The notes under the pieces are model-generated. The model was not told where the DNA came from, made no database searches, and saw only the letters and a program-made list of their open reading frames with translations. The position numbers and the translations under genes were made by a program. This document shows, one piece after another, positions 36,577 to 45,973 of a stretch of 58,465 bases of DNA (positions are counted from its first letter, which is position 1; each line of letters opens with the position of its first letter). The DNA comes from Candidatus Bathyarchaeota archaeon RBG_16_48_13 (lineage in GTDB: Archaea; Thermoproteota; Bathyarchaeia; RBG-16-48-13), in NCBI GenBank assembly GCA_001775995.1, contig MEZH01000007.1, forward strand, positions 264,806-323,270, written 5' to 3'.

Positions 36577-37555
36577 TCCGAGTTTCCATAATTGCACGTT
36601 GAACCAGAATCTGAGCAACGCTTAGATTCGACGGCACAGGACCGTATTGCGAGTACTCCTCATTGGATTGAGGGTATTTCCTTCGCCTTCTTAGGGATAT
36701 GTCCACTAAAGTCACTACGATTACCACTGCAAGTATGGTGAATAAGGACTCGGGGCTCGCGAGGAGTTGGAGGATCGGGTCAAGCGAATTCTCAGACGGC
36801 GGAGGAAGGGACGGAAGGTCCCCATAACTTACTGGCAGAAATTGGTATGTAATGTTCTCGGGCAGTGCAACTGAGGGAATCTGGGGAGGACTTCTGAGAG
36901 GGTCGTAAACTGAACTGGCCATCCAGGCCATAATGGTTGAGACCGCGTACAGATCGAGTGTTGAAAGGGCTTGAACTGTCGTTTTAGGGGTATAGCTCGG
37001 GTACATTATGTCCGCGGAGTAACTGCTGTGGCTGAGGCCCAGGCTGTGACCTACCTCATGGAGGGCGATGCTCTGCATATCGTATTCGTTCAGCACTCGA
37101 CCGTGTGCGTTCTCTGAGGCCAAGATGATTGTATTGTTTGTCATAGTGCCAGGCGGCTCGTACACCGCCTGGGAGGAGCCGATCTCGTCGGAGGTGGGGT
37201 TCTGGAACACTTTCACCCACGTAATGTAGACGTCGTAGCCTGACGCTGTTGACTCCGCTACGGTGGGGATCAACCGCAGTCTTGACAGGTAGCTGAACCC
37301 GGAGTAGTTCATCGCGAAATAGTAGATCGCGTTATTCCATTCGTCAACAGCGTGGAGCGTGGCGTTCAGGTAGGAAGGCTGCCACCAAGACATGCCTTCT
37401 TGGGGGACAATTAGGACGCTTATGGTTGAATGACCCCATGCGAGACCTTGGAGGCCTAAGGAGAATTGTGACTGTGCCTCCGCCATGCCGAGACTGCCAA
37501 CGACCAAGATTAGGCCTATTACCAGTGAAGCTGCAAGGATCCGTTTCAACAGCAT
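36518..37555 (-). CDS. Membrane-anchored matrixin-like (M10) zinc metalloprotease
   Basis: Signal peptide, HEVGHSLGLSH plus ADIMYP Met-turn, C-terminal TM then RRRRK. Confidence 0.85.
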   Translation of the reverse strand: MLLKRILAASLVIGLILVVGSLGMAEAQSQFSLGLQGLAWGHSTISVLIVPQEGMSWWQPSYLNATLHAVDEWNNAIYYFAMNYSGFSYLSRLRLIPTVAESTASGYDVYITWVKVFQNPTSDEIGSSQAVYEPPGTMTNNTIILASENAHGRVLNEYDMQSIALHEVGHSLGLSHSSYSADIMYPSYTPKTTVQALSTLDLYAVSTIMAWMASSVYDPLRSPPQIPSVALPENITYQFLPVSYGDLPSLPPPSENSLDPILQLLASPESLFTILAVVIVVTLVDISLRRRRKYPQSNEEYSQYGPVPSNLSVAQILVQRAIMETRMVLRPGFEPGFPARLASHL

Positions 37556-37978
37556 ATTTTTGTACACACAGCTGAATGGGGCTCGGTGACTGTAGGATCG
37601 CCAAGCGACCGACAAATGCCTATTGTTAAGGACCAGGTTTAAGATAGTTGTTATGGAGACAACCATACATAGTGATCATCATATTCTTCATACTATGCTG
37701 AGCTTCTTCAGCTTCATCTCAGCAGACATATCACTGTTCAGTTTGGTCATACCGGGGGCAGTTTCCCAGGGCTATGATGCATCGATCAGCGAGGATTCAA
37801 AGCCATCCCAACCTCTGAGATTTATCAGTCTGAGAAGTCTGTATCAGACAGACCCTTTCGAGGTTAGGGCTTAATGTCACCTCTGACTGGGTGAACCTTA
37901 ACGTACATAAGGGAAGAGGATTAATTAGTCAATTCACATATCTCTGCGAAGAGCAGAATTGAAGCGAGATATTCCTAG

Positions 37979-38088
37979 GCGGGGATATCCGAGTTTGGTC
38001 TAAGGAGCAGGGCTTAGGTGCCAACTAAGGTGGCTAAGAAACCCTGTGGCGCAGGCCTTCGTGGGTTCAAGTCCCACTCCCCGCACCA
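37979..38088 (+). tRNA. tRNA-Leu(TAG) with canonical 22-nt intron (38019-38040)
   Basis: GCGGGGA acceptor, long variable arm, CAGGG CT TAG G|A CCCTG; BHB helix CTTA/TAAG. Confidence 0.93.
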
Positions 38089-38213
38089 TCTTTCTAAAGC
38101 TAAACTCAATTTCGCAAACTTCAATGACCAACTAACGCTGGCAAGAAATTCGAAACATGTGACGGCGACCGCGGGTGCATCATCACTGCGCAGGATGCCG
38201 CCAAACCCCCAAG

Positions 38214-39287
38214 TTATCTTTGGTTAATCAGGAGCCCAATGTCCTTGCGCAGGTCTACAAGGTTGAGAGGCTTGAGAGTGTAAGCGTATGAGTACATCCT
38301 GACGCAGGTTCGGACGCATAGGTTGCAGCCCTCGGCCCTCTTGACGTGTTCCTTGTAGACGGGGCTAGAGAAGTATTCCCTGAAGGAGCCGCTGTTAAGG
38401 TCGTAGGTGTGGTCGCAGGTGCAGCTGTAGATCTTGTTGTTGGGCGAGACGTAAACGAAGATCTTTGGGAAGTGGCACGTGAAAGGCTTTACTTCGGCGT
38501 AGTGCCTCAGCACGTACTCCGTCTCCATCAATGGGTAGCCCTCTTTCTTCAGCCTAAGAATAGTATGATAGAAGGCTTGGAGTTGCTCCCTGCTCAGGCC
38601 GTAGTCCTCCACCAAGGAGGATTTGCTGCCCTCATCGTAGCTCTGCTGGAACGTGAGCCCGAAGGAGTCGTACAACTGGTTCGCCACCTCCACGGCGTTG
38701 TAGGAGATGCCTACCCCCAAATCCCGTGCGAGCTTTGCCATGGGCTCGATGGCGTCTAAGTTCAGCCTGCTGATGGTGGTGACCAGCGTGACACGGGTGT
38801 TTCCAATCGCCCTTATCCTCTCTATCCCTTTGATGACCTCCCGGAAGGCGCCACGCCTTCCCCTGATGAAGTCGTGGTACTCATTGAAGTAGTCGAGGGA
38901 GACGAACGTGAAGTCTAGATCCTTCCACAGAGAGTCGCGTTTGCTTTCGACGAGCGAACCGTTTGTGTTCATAACGGTCATGTAGCCGAGGTTCTTGGCG
39001 TGCTTGACGACGTCCTCGATGTCTCTCCGGATCATGGGCTCCCCGCCGAAGAGGTAGTAGGCGCGCATGCCGGAGTCATAGGCCTCCTCGAGGAGCCGAT
39101 ACACGCCCTCGGTAGACAGATCGTCTCTCATCATGTGAGATGTCTGCCAGAAGGAGCAGGTCTTGCACATGGAGTTGCATCCGTAGGTTATGGCGTGTGC
39201 CAAGAAGAAGGGCTTGTGGGTCACGAATCTCGATTTCAGCATGGAAACGAATGATCTGAGAAGTCTGGTGCTGTCCCTTGAGGTCAT
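38214..39287 (-). CDS. Radical SAM protein with C-terminal SPASM/Twitch-like Cys cluster (PTO1314-like?)
   Basis: CNSMCKTC CxxxCxxC, FGGEP, MNTNG, SLD; C-terminal CHFP..C..CNLCVRTC. Confidence 0.85.
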   Translation of the reverse strand: MTSRDSTRLLRSFVSMLKSRFVTHKPFFLAHAITYGCNSMCKTCSFWQTSHMMRDDLSTEGVYRLLEEAYDSGMRAYYLFGGEPMIRRDIEDVVKHAKNLGYMTVMNTNGSLVESKRDSLWKDLDFTFVSLDYFNEYHDFIRGRRGAFREVIKGIERIRAIGNTRVTLVTTISRLNLDAIEPMAKLARDLGVGISYNAVEVANQLYDSFGLTFQQSYDEGSKSSLVEDYGLSREQLQAFYHTILRLKKEGYPLMETEYVLRHYAEVKPFTCHFPKIFVYVSPNNKIYSCTCDHTYDLNSGSFREYFSSPVYKEHVKRAEGCNLCVRTCVRMYSYAYTLKPLNLVDLRKDIGLLINQR

Positions 39288-39490
39288 CTGTTCGAGGTTT
39301 CCCTTCGTATAAGAAGCTCAAAAGTTCTATTAAAGGGTTCTAAGGTGATTGTACCGGACAAGAATCATATGCAATCTCAAGATCAAAAAATCTCCTTGCC
39401 CCTGAGCTCCTCGTGGCTTCACCACGACACTAAATAATGAGCTAGTGCAAATCGGTTGTATTCAGATAGTCGTTCGAGGGATCGTGAACT

Positions 39491-41578
39491 ATGGCTAAGG
39501 ATCCAGTCTGTGGCATGTACGTGGACGAGAAGACCGCCCAGCTCAAGGCAGTCGTCAGGGGTACCACGTACTACTTCTGCTCAGAAGCATGTCTGAAGGA
39601 GTTCACTGCGCCCGAGATTGAGTTCAGGAAGCTAAAGATCCAATTCGCGGTAGGGCTTGCGCTCACCATTCCGACGGCACTCTTCACCTTTGTCAACATC
39701 CTGCCCATAGACGTGAGGAATTATGTCCTCCTGACACTGGCAACACCGATCCAGTTCGGCGTCGGATGGCGCTTCTACAGGGGTACTTACGACTCTATAA
39801 GGAACAGGATGGCAAACATGGACGTGCTAATAGCGCTTGGGACAACGACCGCTTGGCTGTACAGCATGATCATAACGTTCTTTCCGTCTGTGTTCCCCAC
39901 CAGAGAAGCCTACTTCGAGACCGGCGCGATAATCATAACGCTGATCCTGTTAGGCAAACTCCTCGAGCACACGGCGAAGGGAAGGGCATCTGAAGCGGTA
40001 AGGAAGCTCATGGACCTTCAGCCAACCATGGCCCACGTGATTAGGGAGGGACAGGAAGTTGAGGTCCCGGTGGAGCAGGTCGACGTGGACGAGGTGGTGA
40101 TCATACGACCCGGCGAGCGCGTGCCCATGGACGGTGTGGTGATCGGCGGCGGCTCATCCGTGGACGAGTCCATGGTGACTGGCGAAAGCATCCCGGTCGA
40201 AAAGAACCCCGGGAGCGAGGTGATCGGGGCGACCATCAATAAGACTGGAATGCTCAGAGTCAGAGCGACCAAAGTCGGTCAGGATACCATCCTTTCCCAA
40301 ATAGTCAAGCTGGTCGAGGAGGCGCAAATAGGCAAGGCACCGATACAGCGGTTGGCTGACAGGATCGCCTCAGTCTTCGTCCCGGTCATCGTGGCGATAG
40401 CGACCGCATCTGCCTTGCTCTGGTACTTCGTCGGCAACATCGGCCTTAACTTCTCAGTACTGGCCTTCATCTCAGTGGTTGTCATTGCGTGCCCGTGCGC
40501 CCTCGGGATAGCGACCCCCGCGGCGCTCCTAGTGGGGACTGGAAAAGGCGCCCAGAACGGAGTCTTGATCAAGAGCGGGGAATATCTTGAAACCGCCCAC
40601 AGGGTGAAGACCATCGTCTTCGATAAGACAGGCACCCTAACAAAGGGGCAGCCCTCGGTCACGGACATCGTGGCGCTCGATGACTACACGGAAGAGGAGG
40701 TACTCTCAATGGCAGCGACCCTGGAGAAGGGCTCTGAACACCCACTTGCCGAGGCCATCAACGGTGCAGCCCAAGCAAAGGGAATTCAAGCGCCGGAGCC
40801 GAAGGAGTTTCAGGCGGTCCCGGGCAAGGGAGTCACCGCCCAGTTAGGGAAAGACCGATTGTTCTTTGGCAACAGGAAGATGATGGCCGACTATTCCGTC
40901 GATACCAGCCCCCTTGAGGAGCACCTCAAGGCGCTTGAGGAGGACGGAAAGACCGTGATGGTGTTGGCCAAAGGGAGCCACCTGGTAGGGCTTGTGGCCG
41001 TCGCAGACACGATCAAAGAGCACGCCTTGGATGCGGTCGCAAGACTGAGGCAGATGGGAATTAGGGTGGTCATGCTGACGGGGGACAACGAGAGGACGGC
41101 CAATGCCATAGGAAGGCGCCTAGGGATAGACAGAGTGATAGCGGAGGTGTTGCCGGGGCAGAAGGAGCGGACCATAGAGAAGCTACAATCCGGCGGCGAG
41201 AAGGTGGCCATGGTCGGGGATGGGATCAACGACGCGCCGGCTCTGGCGAGGGCAGATGTCGGCATAGCCATCGGGAGCGGTACTGATGTAGCGAAGGAGA
41301 CAGGGGGAATCGTGTTGATCAAGGAGGATTTACGAGACGTAGTAACGGCCATAGAACTCAGCAAAAAGACGGTTGCTAAAATAAGGCAGAACCTCTTTTG
41401 GGCCTTCATATACAACATTGGGCTGATCCCTATAGCGGCTGGAGCCCTTGTGCCCATATTTGGGCCCTCGGTATATAATGTGCTGCCGATGTTGGCGGCG
41501 GGTGCTATGGCCTTCAGTTCCGTGACGGTTGTCACAAACTCCCTGCTCCTAGGTAGGTTCAAACCATCAATGCTCTGA
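39491..41578 (+). CDS. copA: Cu(I)-translocating P1B ATPase with N-terminal YHS/TRASH domain
   Basis: [41 protein letters not shown]. Confidence 0.95.
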   Translation: MAKDPVCGMYVDEKTAQLKAVVRGTTYYFCSEACLKEFTAPEIEFRKLKIQFAVGLALTIPTALFTFVNILPIDVRNYVLLTLATPIQFGVGWRFYRGTYDSIRNRMANMDVLIALGTTTAWLYSMIITFFPSVFPTREAYFETGAIIITLILLGKLLEHTAKGRASEAVRKLMDLQPTMAHVIREGQEVEVPVEQVDVDEVVIIRPGERVPMDGVVIGGGSSVDESMVTGESIPVEKNPGSEVIGATINKTGMLRVRATKVGQDTILSQIVKLVEEAQIGKAPIQRLADRIASVFVPVIVAIATASALLWYFVGNIGLNFSVLAFISVVVIACPCALGIATPAALLVGTGKGAQNGVLIKSGEYLETAHRVKTIVFDKTGTLTKGQPSVTDIVALDDYTEEEVLSMAATLEKGSEHPLAEAINGAAQAKGIQAPEPKEFQAVPGKGVTAQLGKDRLFFGNRKMMADYSVDTSPLEEHLKALEEDGKTVMVLAKGSHLVGLVAVADTIKEHALDAVARLRQMGIRVVMLTGDNERTANAIGRRLGIDRVIAEVLPGQKERTIEKLQSGGEKVAMVGDGINDAPALARADVGIAIGSGTDVAKETGGIVLIKEDLRDVVTAIELSKKTVAKIRQNLFWAFIYNIGLIPIAAGALVPIFGPSVYNVLPMLAAGAMAFSSVTVVTNSLLLGRFKPSML

Positions 41579-41591
41579 GGTGGAAGTGAAT

Positions 41592-41822
41592 ATGACAAAG
41601 GAAGTAAGGATAGTGATCACCGTTCCAGGCCTGGACTGCGTGACCTGCGCTCCGGGGATAAAGCGTGCCCTGATGGAGTTGAGCGGCGTAAAGAAGGTTG
41701 AGGTGTCGATCATGTTAAACAAGATCTTCGTTGACTACGATCCGGAACAGACAGACACCATGCACATTGCCAGAGTGATAGAGAAGACAGGCTACAAGAT
41801 CCATATGTCACAAGCCATGTAA
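41592..41822 (+). CDS. HMA-domain metal chaperone (CopZ-like)
   Basis: GLDCVTC...GVKKVEV...YD...IEKTGY. Confidence 0.88.
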   Translation: MTKEVRIVITVPGLDCVTCAPGIKRALMELSGVKKVEVSIMLNKIFVDYDPEQTDTMHIARVIEKTGYKIHMSQAM

Positions 41823-41941
41823 CGACCCATTGAAGATCAAGAATATCGTGGTAATTGCGCTTTTCTCTGTTCTTCGGCTTTCGGTGGACATAGTGCAGTT
41901 TATAACACAGTTATGCAACCTAGAGACAGCTGTGCCTTGAT

Positions 41942-42757
41942 ATGCCGATAGTAGCTGTTGTCAAAGGAGAGAGAAGCTTTGATACCGTTGAAAGGGCGGT
42001 GAACCTAGCGGGCGGCCTGAAGCATCTGGTCGACAGACCAGTTCTCATCAAGGTTAACTTCATAACTCGCAAGACCTGGGATACAGGGGCGACGACGGAT
42101 CCGATGCTGGTGGAGGCCCTCATACGAATCTTGAAGCCACTCACAAAGGTGGCGATCGTCGAGTCGGATGCCACTCTGACCAACGCGGACAAAGCCTTTG
42201 AAGCCACTGGCATGATAGATGTCTGCAAGGAGTACGACGTGCCGTTCATCAACCTTCGCCGAGAGAGGGATAGGGTGAGCGTCGGAGTCTCAGGCTACGA
42301 CGCCCTATCTGAGATAGAGTTCCCAAAGATCGTCATGGAGAGCAACATCATTAGTGCTGCGAAACTGAAGACACACGCCGAGACACAGGTCACTTTGGGG
42401 ATGAAGAACATGTTCGGCCTCATCCCGGACAAGTTCAAGGGAAAGTACCACTTCAAGGGCATCGAGAAGGTCATCGTTGATATCAACTCAGTGGTCAAGC
42501 CTGCTTTCACGTTAATAGATGGGTTCGTAGCCATGGAGGGCAGAGGCCCAGTTAATGGGGATCCTGTCAAGATGGACTTGGTCATAGCCGGCATGGACCC
42601 AGTGGCTACCGACGCCGTCGCCGCCAAGATCATGGGCTTCGAGCCGAGCAAGATATATCATATAGCGAGGGCTAGCGAAAGAGGCTTAGGAAACATTGAA
42701 GATATCGAAGTGGTTGGAGAATCAATAGAAAAGGTCAAGCGGATTTTCAGAAGATGA
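41942..42757 (+). CDS. DUF362 Fe-S-associated protein
   Basis: VLIKVN, TTDP, KLKTH, TLGMKNMFG, MEGRGP, DPVATD. Confidence 0.85.
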   Translation: MPIVAVVKGERSFDTVERAVNLAGGLKHLVDRPVLIKVNFITRKTWDTGATTDPMLVEALIRILKPLTKVAIVESDATLTNADKAFEATGMIDVCKEYDVPFINLRRERDRVSVGVSGYDALSEIEFPKIVMESNIISAAKLKTHAETQVTLGMKNMFGLIPDKFKGKYHFKGIEKVIVDINSVVKPAFTLIDGFVAMEGRGPVNGDPVKMDLVIAGMDPVATDAVAAKIMGFEPSKIYHIARASERGLGNIEDIEVVGESIEKVKRIFRR

Positions 42758-43306
42758 TCAGACCACCTGTCGGTTGCAGGTGACAAACTCGTTTCCACCC
42801 ACATGGTAGAGCAAGGGCAGGAGCCCCAACGCATATTTTCTGTCGTATGATCCATCCGTGCAGTATGCGGCGGTGACCTCCCCTATGAACAGCGTGTGGT
42901 CACCTGCTACGATCTCGCTAGCCAATTTGCATTCTAGGCTGGCAACGCATTCCTTTATGGCTGACGAGGCCACAGTCATCCCTGGCGTAGGAGTGAGTTT
43001 TGTCTCAGCGAACTTGTCGTGTTCCCGCCCACTCGTCTTGCCACAGAGGAGGGTGACGTCTTTGAGTTCAACGATCGGGACGTTCACCACGAATTCCTTC
43101 ATTTCTCTTATGAGCGCGTAGGAATACCTTCTGGGGTGAATGCCTATGGCGACCATTGGTGGGTTGATCGAGACAGGCATCGACCAGCCTACGGCTATTA
43201 TGTTCCTCTTGTCCTTTCCTCCGCACGTCACGAGCACTGTGTGTCGTGGGTACATGAGCCGCTGGATTAGTGGCTTGTCAATGTTTACCTTTGCATAATC
43301 CATCAT
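42758..43306 (-). CDS. Flavin reductase-like / flavoredoxin
   Basis: NIIAVGWSMPVS..PP, EFVVNV, CG..SGR, ECKL, GDHTLFIGEV. Confidence 0.88.
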   Translation of the reverse strand: MMDYAKVNIDKPLIQRLMYPRHTVLVTCGGKDKRNIIAVGWSMPVSINPPMVAIGIHPRRYSYALIREMKEFVVNVPIVELKDVTLLCGKTSGREHDKFAETKLTPTPGMTVASSAIKECVASLECKLASEIVAGDHTLFIGEVTAAYCTDGSYDRKYALGLLPLLYHVGGNEFVTCNRQVV

Positions 43307-43440
43307 TTTCCCTCAGAAAACTGAGCATTTATGAAGGAAATATTTAGATTCAAGAACTTTTTTTCAATTTATAAGACTTGTTGTCATATTGCACAACGGT
43401 GACTATTTAGATCGATTTCCAACCAATGTTGGAGTAAGGT

Positions 43441-43785
43441 GTGGTTTTGACAAATTTAATGGACCTTTTTGGCAGTAAACAGCAGACTCGTCTCATCCAG
43501 TACATGTTGGACAACCCGGGCAAGATCTTCAATCAGGCTAGCCTCGCTCGTTTCCTGTCATGCTCGCCCAGCACCGTGGCCCGGGTCGTGAACCCCTTCA
43601 TCTTTACGGGAATGGTGAAGTTCGAGATGATAGGAAAGCAGATGAAAGTCTTCGCGCTGGATACGGAATCCTCAAAGACCAAGCTCTTGACTGAGTTTTA
43701 TCAGAAGCTCACAGCGTCAGAGCCCACCGAGGAGAAGGACCGCGATCATGATGACGAAGATGGCACCAAAGCTAATGTAGTATAG
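43441..43785 (+). CDS. Winged-helix HTH protein
   Basis: FNQASLARFLSCSPSTVARVV helix-turn-helix followed by a wing. Confidence 0.7.
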   Translation: MVLTNLMDLFGSKQQTRLIQYMLDNPGKIFNQASLARFLSCSPSTVARVVNPFIFTGMVKFEMIGKQMKVFALDTESSKTKLLTEFYQKLTASEPTEEKDRDHDDEDGTKANVV

Positions 43786-43929
43786 CCGATTAAACTTCTT
43801 CTGGCGCTTCATCCTGTTAGTATAAGATTGGTTGCATTTATCTGAGCAGAGACTTAGGTTCTCAGCCATGGCTTTGGCGCAAACCGGGCAATGCTTGTGG
43901 GGTGGGAACTTCGATTCTCTTGAAGGCAT
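43717..43929 (-). CDS. DUF2116-family Zn-ribbon membrane protein
   Basis: PPHKHCPVC...CSDKC followed by a C-terminal TM. Confidence 0.85.
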   Translation of the reverse strand: MPSRESKFPPHKHCPVCAKAMAENLSLCSDKCNQSYTNRMKRQKKFNRLYYISFGAIFVIMIAVLLLGGL

Positions 43930-43939
43930 TTCTATTCAC

Positions 43940-44629
43940 CTACTTGTACCGCAGACGGGTCCCCATGATTTCCCCGTGGACAACTCGCGCTATGTTTTCG
44001 GGCTTCCTGCCGTCAATTATCACCGTTGGTATCTTGGATCGCTCGACTATCTTGGCGGCCACCATGTCGAAAAGCTCGTAACCCCCTGCTTCAAACCCCT
44101 TGTTGAATAGAATCTCTATGAGTCTAGAGGAATCGATCTCGGTCAGGAGCTTGGCCTTCGGGTCTTTCTTAGGGTCTGAAGTGTACACCCCCTCCACGTT
44201 GGTTGCATTCACGAGGAGGTCGGCTCGCATCTCGTCGGCTGCAATCGCGGCCACGGCGTTGGTCGATTGGCCCGGTTGGAGACCGCCGAGTACCGTGATC
44301 TTGTCGCCTTCAAGAGCCACCCTCAATTCATCCTGATTTGACGGTGATTTCGGATAGGCGTTCTCCCCAAGCTTCGCCATCAGGAGCGACGCGTTCAGCC
44401 GCGAGACCGCGATTCCAAGTTCGTCGCAGAAGGCTTCAGTGGCACCTAGTCGTCTGGCCGTTGAAATGTACTTCCTCGATACCTCTCCGCCTCCCGCTAC
44501 AACTAGAATCTGGTGACCTTCGGACTTCAACCGTAGGAGCACGTCGGTGTAGGAAGAGATTCTTGTAACGTCCATGTCAAAGGGAAACAGGTGTCCACCG
44601 AGTTTTATCGCAACACGCATATCTATCAT
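43940..44629 (-). CDS. pyrH: Uridylate kinase
   Basis: IKLGG, VAGGG..SRKYI, PGQSTNAVAA, TNVEGVYTSDPKK. Confidence 0.95.
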   Translation of the reverse strand: MIDMRVAIKLGGHLFPFDMDVTRISSYTDVLLRLKSEGHQILVVAGGGEVSRKYISTARRLGATEAFCDELGIAVSRLNASLLMAKLGENAYPKSPSNQDELRVALEGDKITVLGGLQPGQSTNAVAAIAADEMRADLLVNATNVEGVYTSDPKKDPKAKLLTEIDSSRLIEILFNKGFEAGGYELFDMVAAKIVERSKIPTVIIDGRKPENIARVVHGEIMGTRLRYK

Positions 44630-44701
44630 CCTAAGGATATTATCTGAAAGAACTTATATAATTCGCGATTCAAGGCTTAACTTCGTTTACGTCTTCTGAT
44701 T

Positions 44702-45973
44702 GTGGTGCACGGAGTGCCAGATAAGAGTTCTCTATCCCAGTTCAGGTTGAAACGCGCATTAGGGGTCCTCGCATCAAAGGAGGGCCGTGGGACTGAGTTA
44801 ATATCGCTCTACGTGACCCCGGGGAAACAGATTTATGATGTGATCAGTCAGCTTCGCCAAGAATATACCACCGCGAGCAACATAAAGTCCGCAACTACCA
44901 GAAAGCACGTTCAGGACGCTATAACTCGCACCATGCAGAGACTCAAACTATTCAAGACACCCCCCGATACAGGCCTCGTCATCTTTTGTGGGGCGTTACC
45001 CCAAAACGGACCAGGCAGCGAACGCATCGAACTCTACGTCATAGTCCCTCCTGATCCGATACGAATTTACACCTACAGATGCGACAGCAAGTTTCTTCTA
45101 GATCCCATCAGAGAAATGGTCAAAGTAAAGGAAGTATATGGCATTCTTGTCATGGATGCCAGCGGCGCAATTTTCGCCCTCCTTAAGGGGGGAAACTTGG
45201 AAATAGTGCGCGAAATAACGTCCGGTGTCTCTGGCAAGCACAGGGCGGGTGGACAGTCAGCGCGACGTTTCGAGCGTTTAAGGGAGGCGGAGCTGAACTC
45301 ATTTTTTAATAGGGTGGGCATATACGCCTCAGAGATCTTCTTGCAGGTGCCGAACCTCAAAGGCATCCTCGTTGGAGGACCAGGCCCCACTAAATACGAT
45401 TTTGTCGATGGCGACCATATGCAGTACACCCTGAGGGGGAAGGTGCTCTCAATAGTGGACACGGCCTACGTCGAGGAGCAGGGCGTCGAAGAGGTCGTCG
45501 AGAAGTCCCCCGGGACTCTACTCGCCGTTCGATACCGGGAGGAGAAGCAGGCGGTACAGAAGTTCCTTTACGAGTTAGGACACGGGACAGGTCTGGCAAC
45601 CTATGGGGAAGAAGAGGTTCGGAGGAGCCTTAAGGGCGGAATCGCCCAGATGTTATTACTCTCGGCGGAGTTGAAGAAGACCCGACTTTACGTCAAGTGC
45701 CAGAGTTGCGACCACCGAGAGGAAAGAACAGTGAGCACTGCCGACCTTCACGATGCAGAAGACGAGATAAAGAATACGCCATGCCCCAAGTGCAATAATA
45801 AGAACATGGTTATAGACGAGACGAAAGACCTCGTGGATGACTTCGCTGACATGGCGGAACAGGCTGGAACAGACATAGAGATAATTACGAAGGAGACCGC
45901 GGAGGGCGAGATGTTGCGGGACTCCTTCGGCGGTATCGCTGCCATCCTCAGGTTTAAACAGTCGCAGACTTAG
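44702..45973 (+). CDS. prf1: Peptide chain release factor aRF1
   Basis: NIKS, YRCDSKF, GGQS motifs; C-terminal CxxC..CxxC. Confidence 0.97.
   Translation: MVHGVPDKSSLSQFRLKRALGVLASKEGRGTELISLYVTPGKQIYDVISQLRQEYTTASNIKSATTRKHVQDAITRTMQRLKLFKTPPDTGLVIFCGALPQNGPGSERIELYVIVPPDPIRIYTYRCDSKFLLDPIREMVKVKEVYGILVMDASGAIFALLKGGNLEIVREITSGVSGKHRAGGQSARRFERLREAELNSFFNRVGIYASEIFLQVPNLKGILVGGPGPTKYDFVDGDHMQYTLRGKVLSIVDTAYVEEQGVEEVVEKSPGTLLAVRYREEKQAVQKFLYELGHGTGLATYGEEEVRRSLKGGIAQMLLLSAELKKTRLYVKCQSCDHREERTVSTADLHDAEDEIKNTPCPKCNNKNMVIDETKDLVDDFADMAEQAGTDIEIITKETAEGEMLRDSFGGIAAILRFKQSQT

Noticed and set aside
37623-37874. 83-aa plus-strand ORF between the matrixin gene and tRNA-Leu
   Set aside because: No SD or motif; probably non-coding or degraded sequence.
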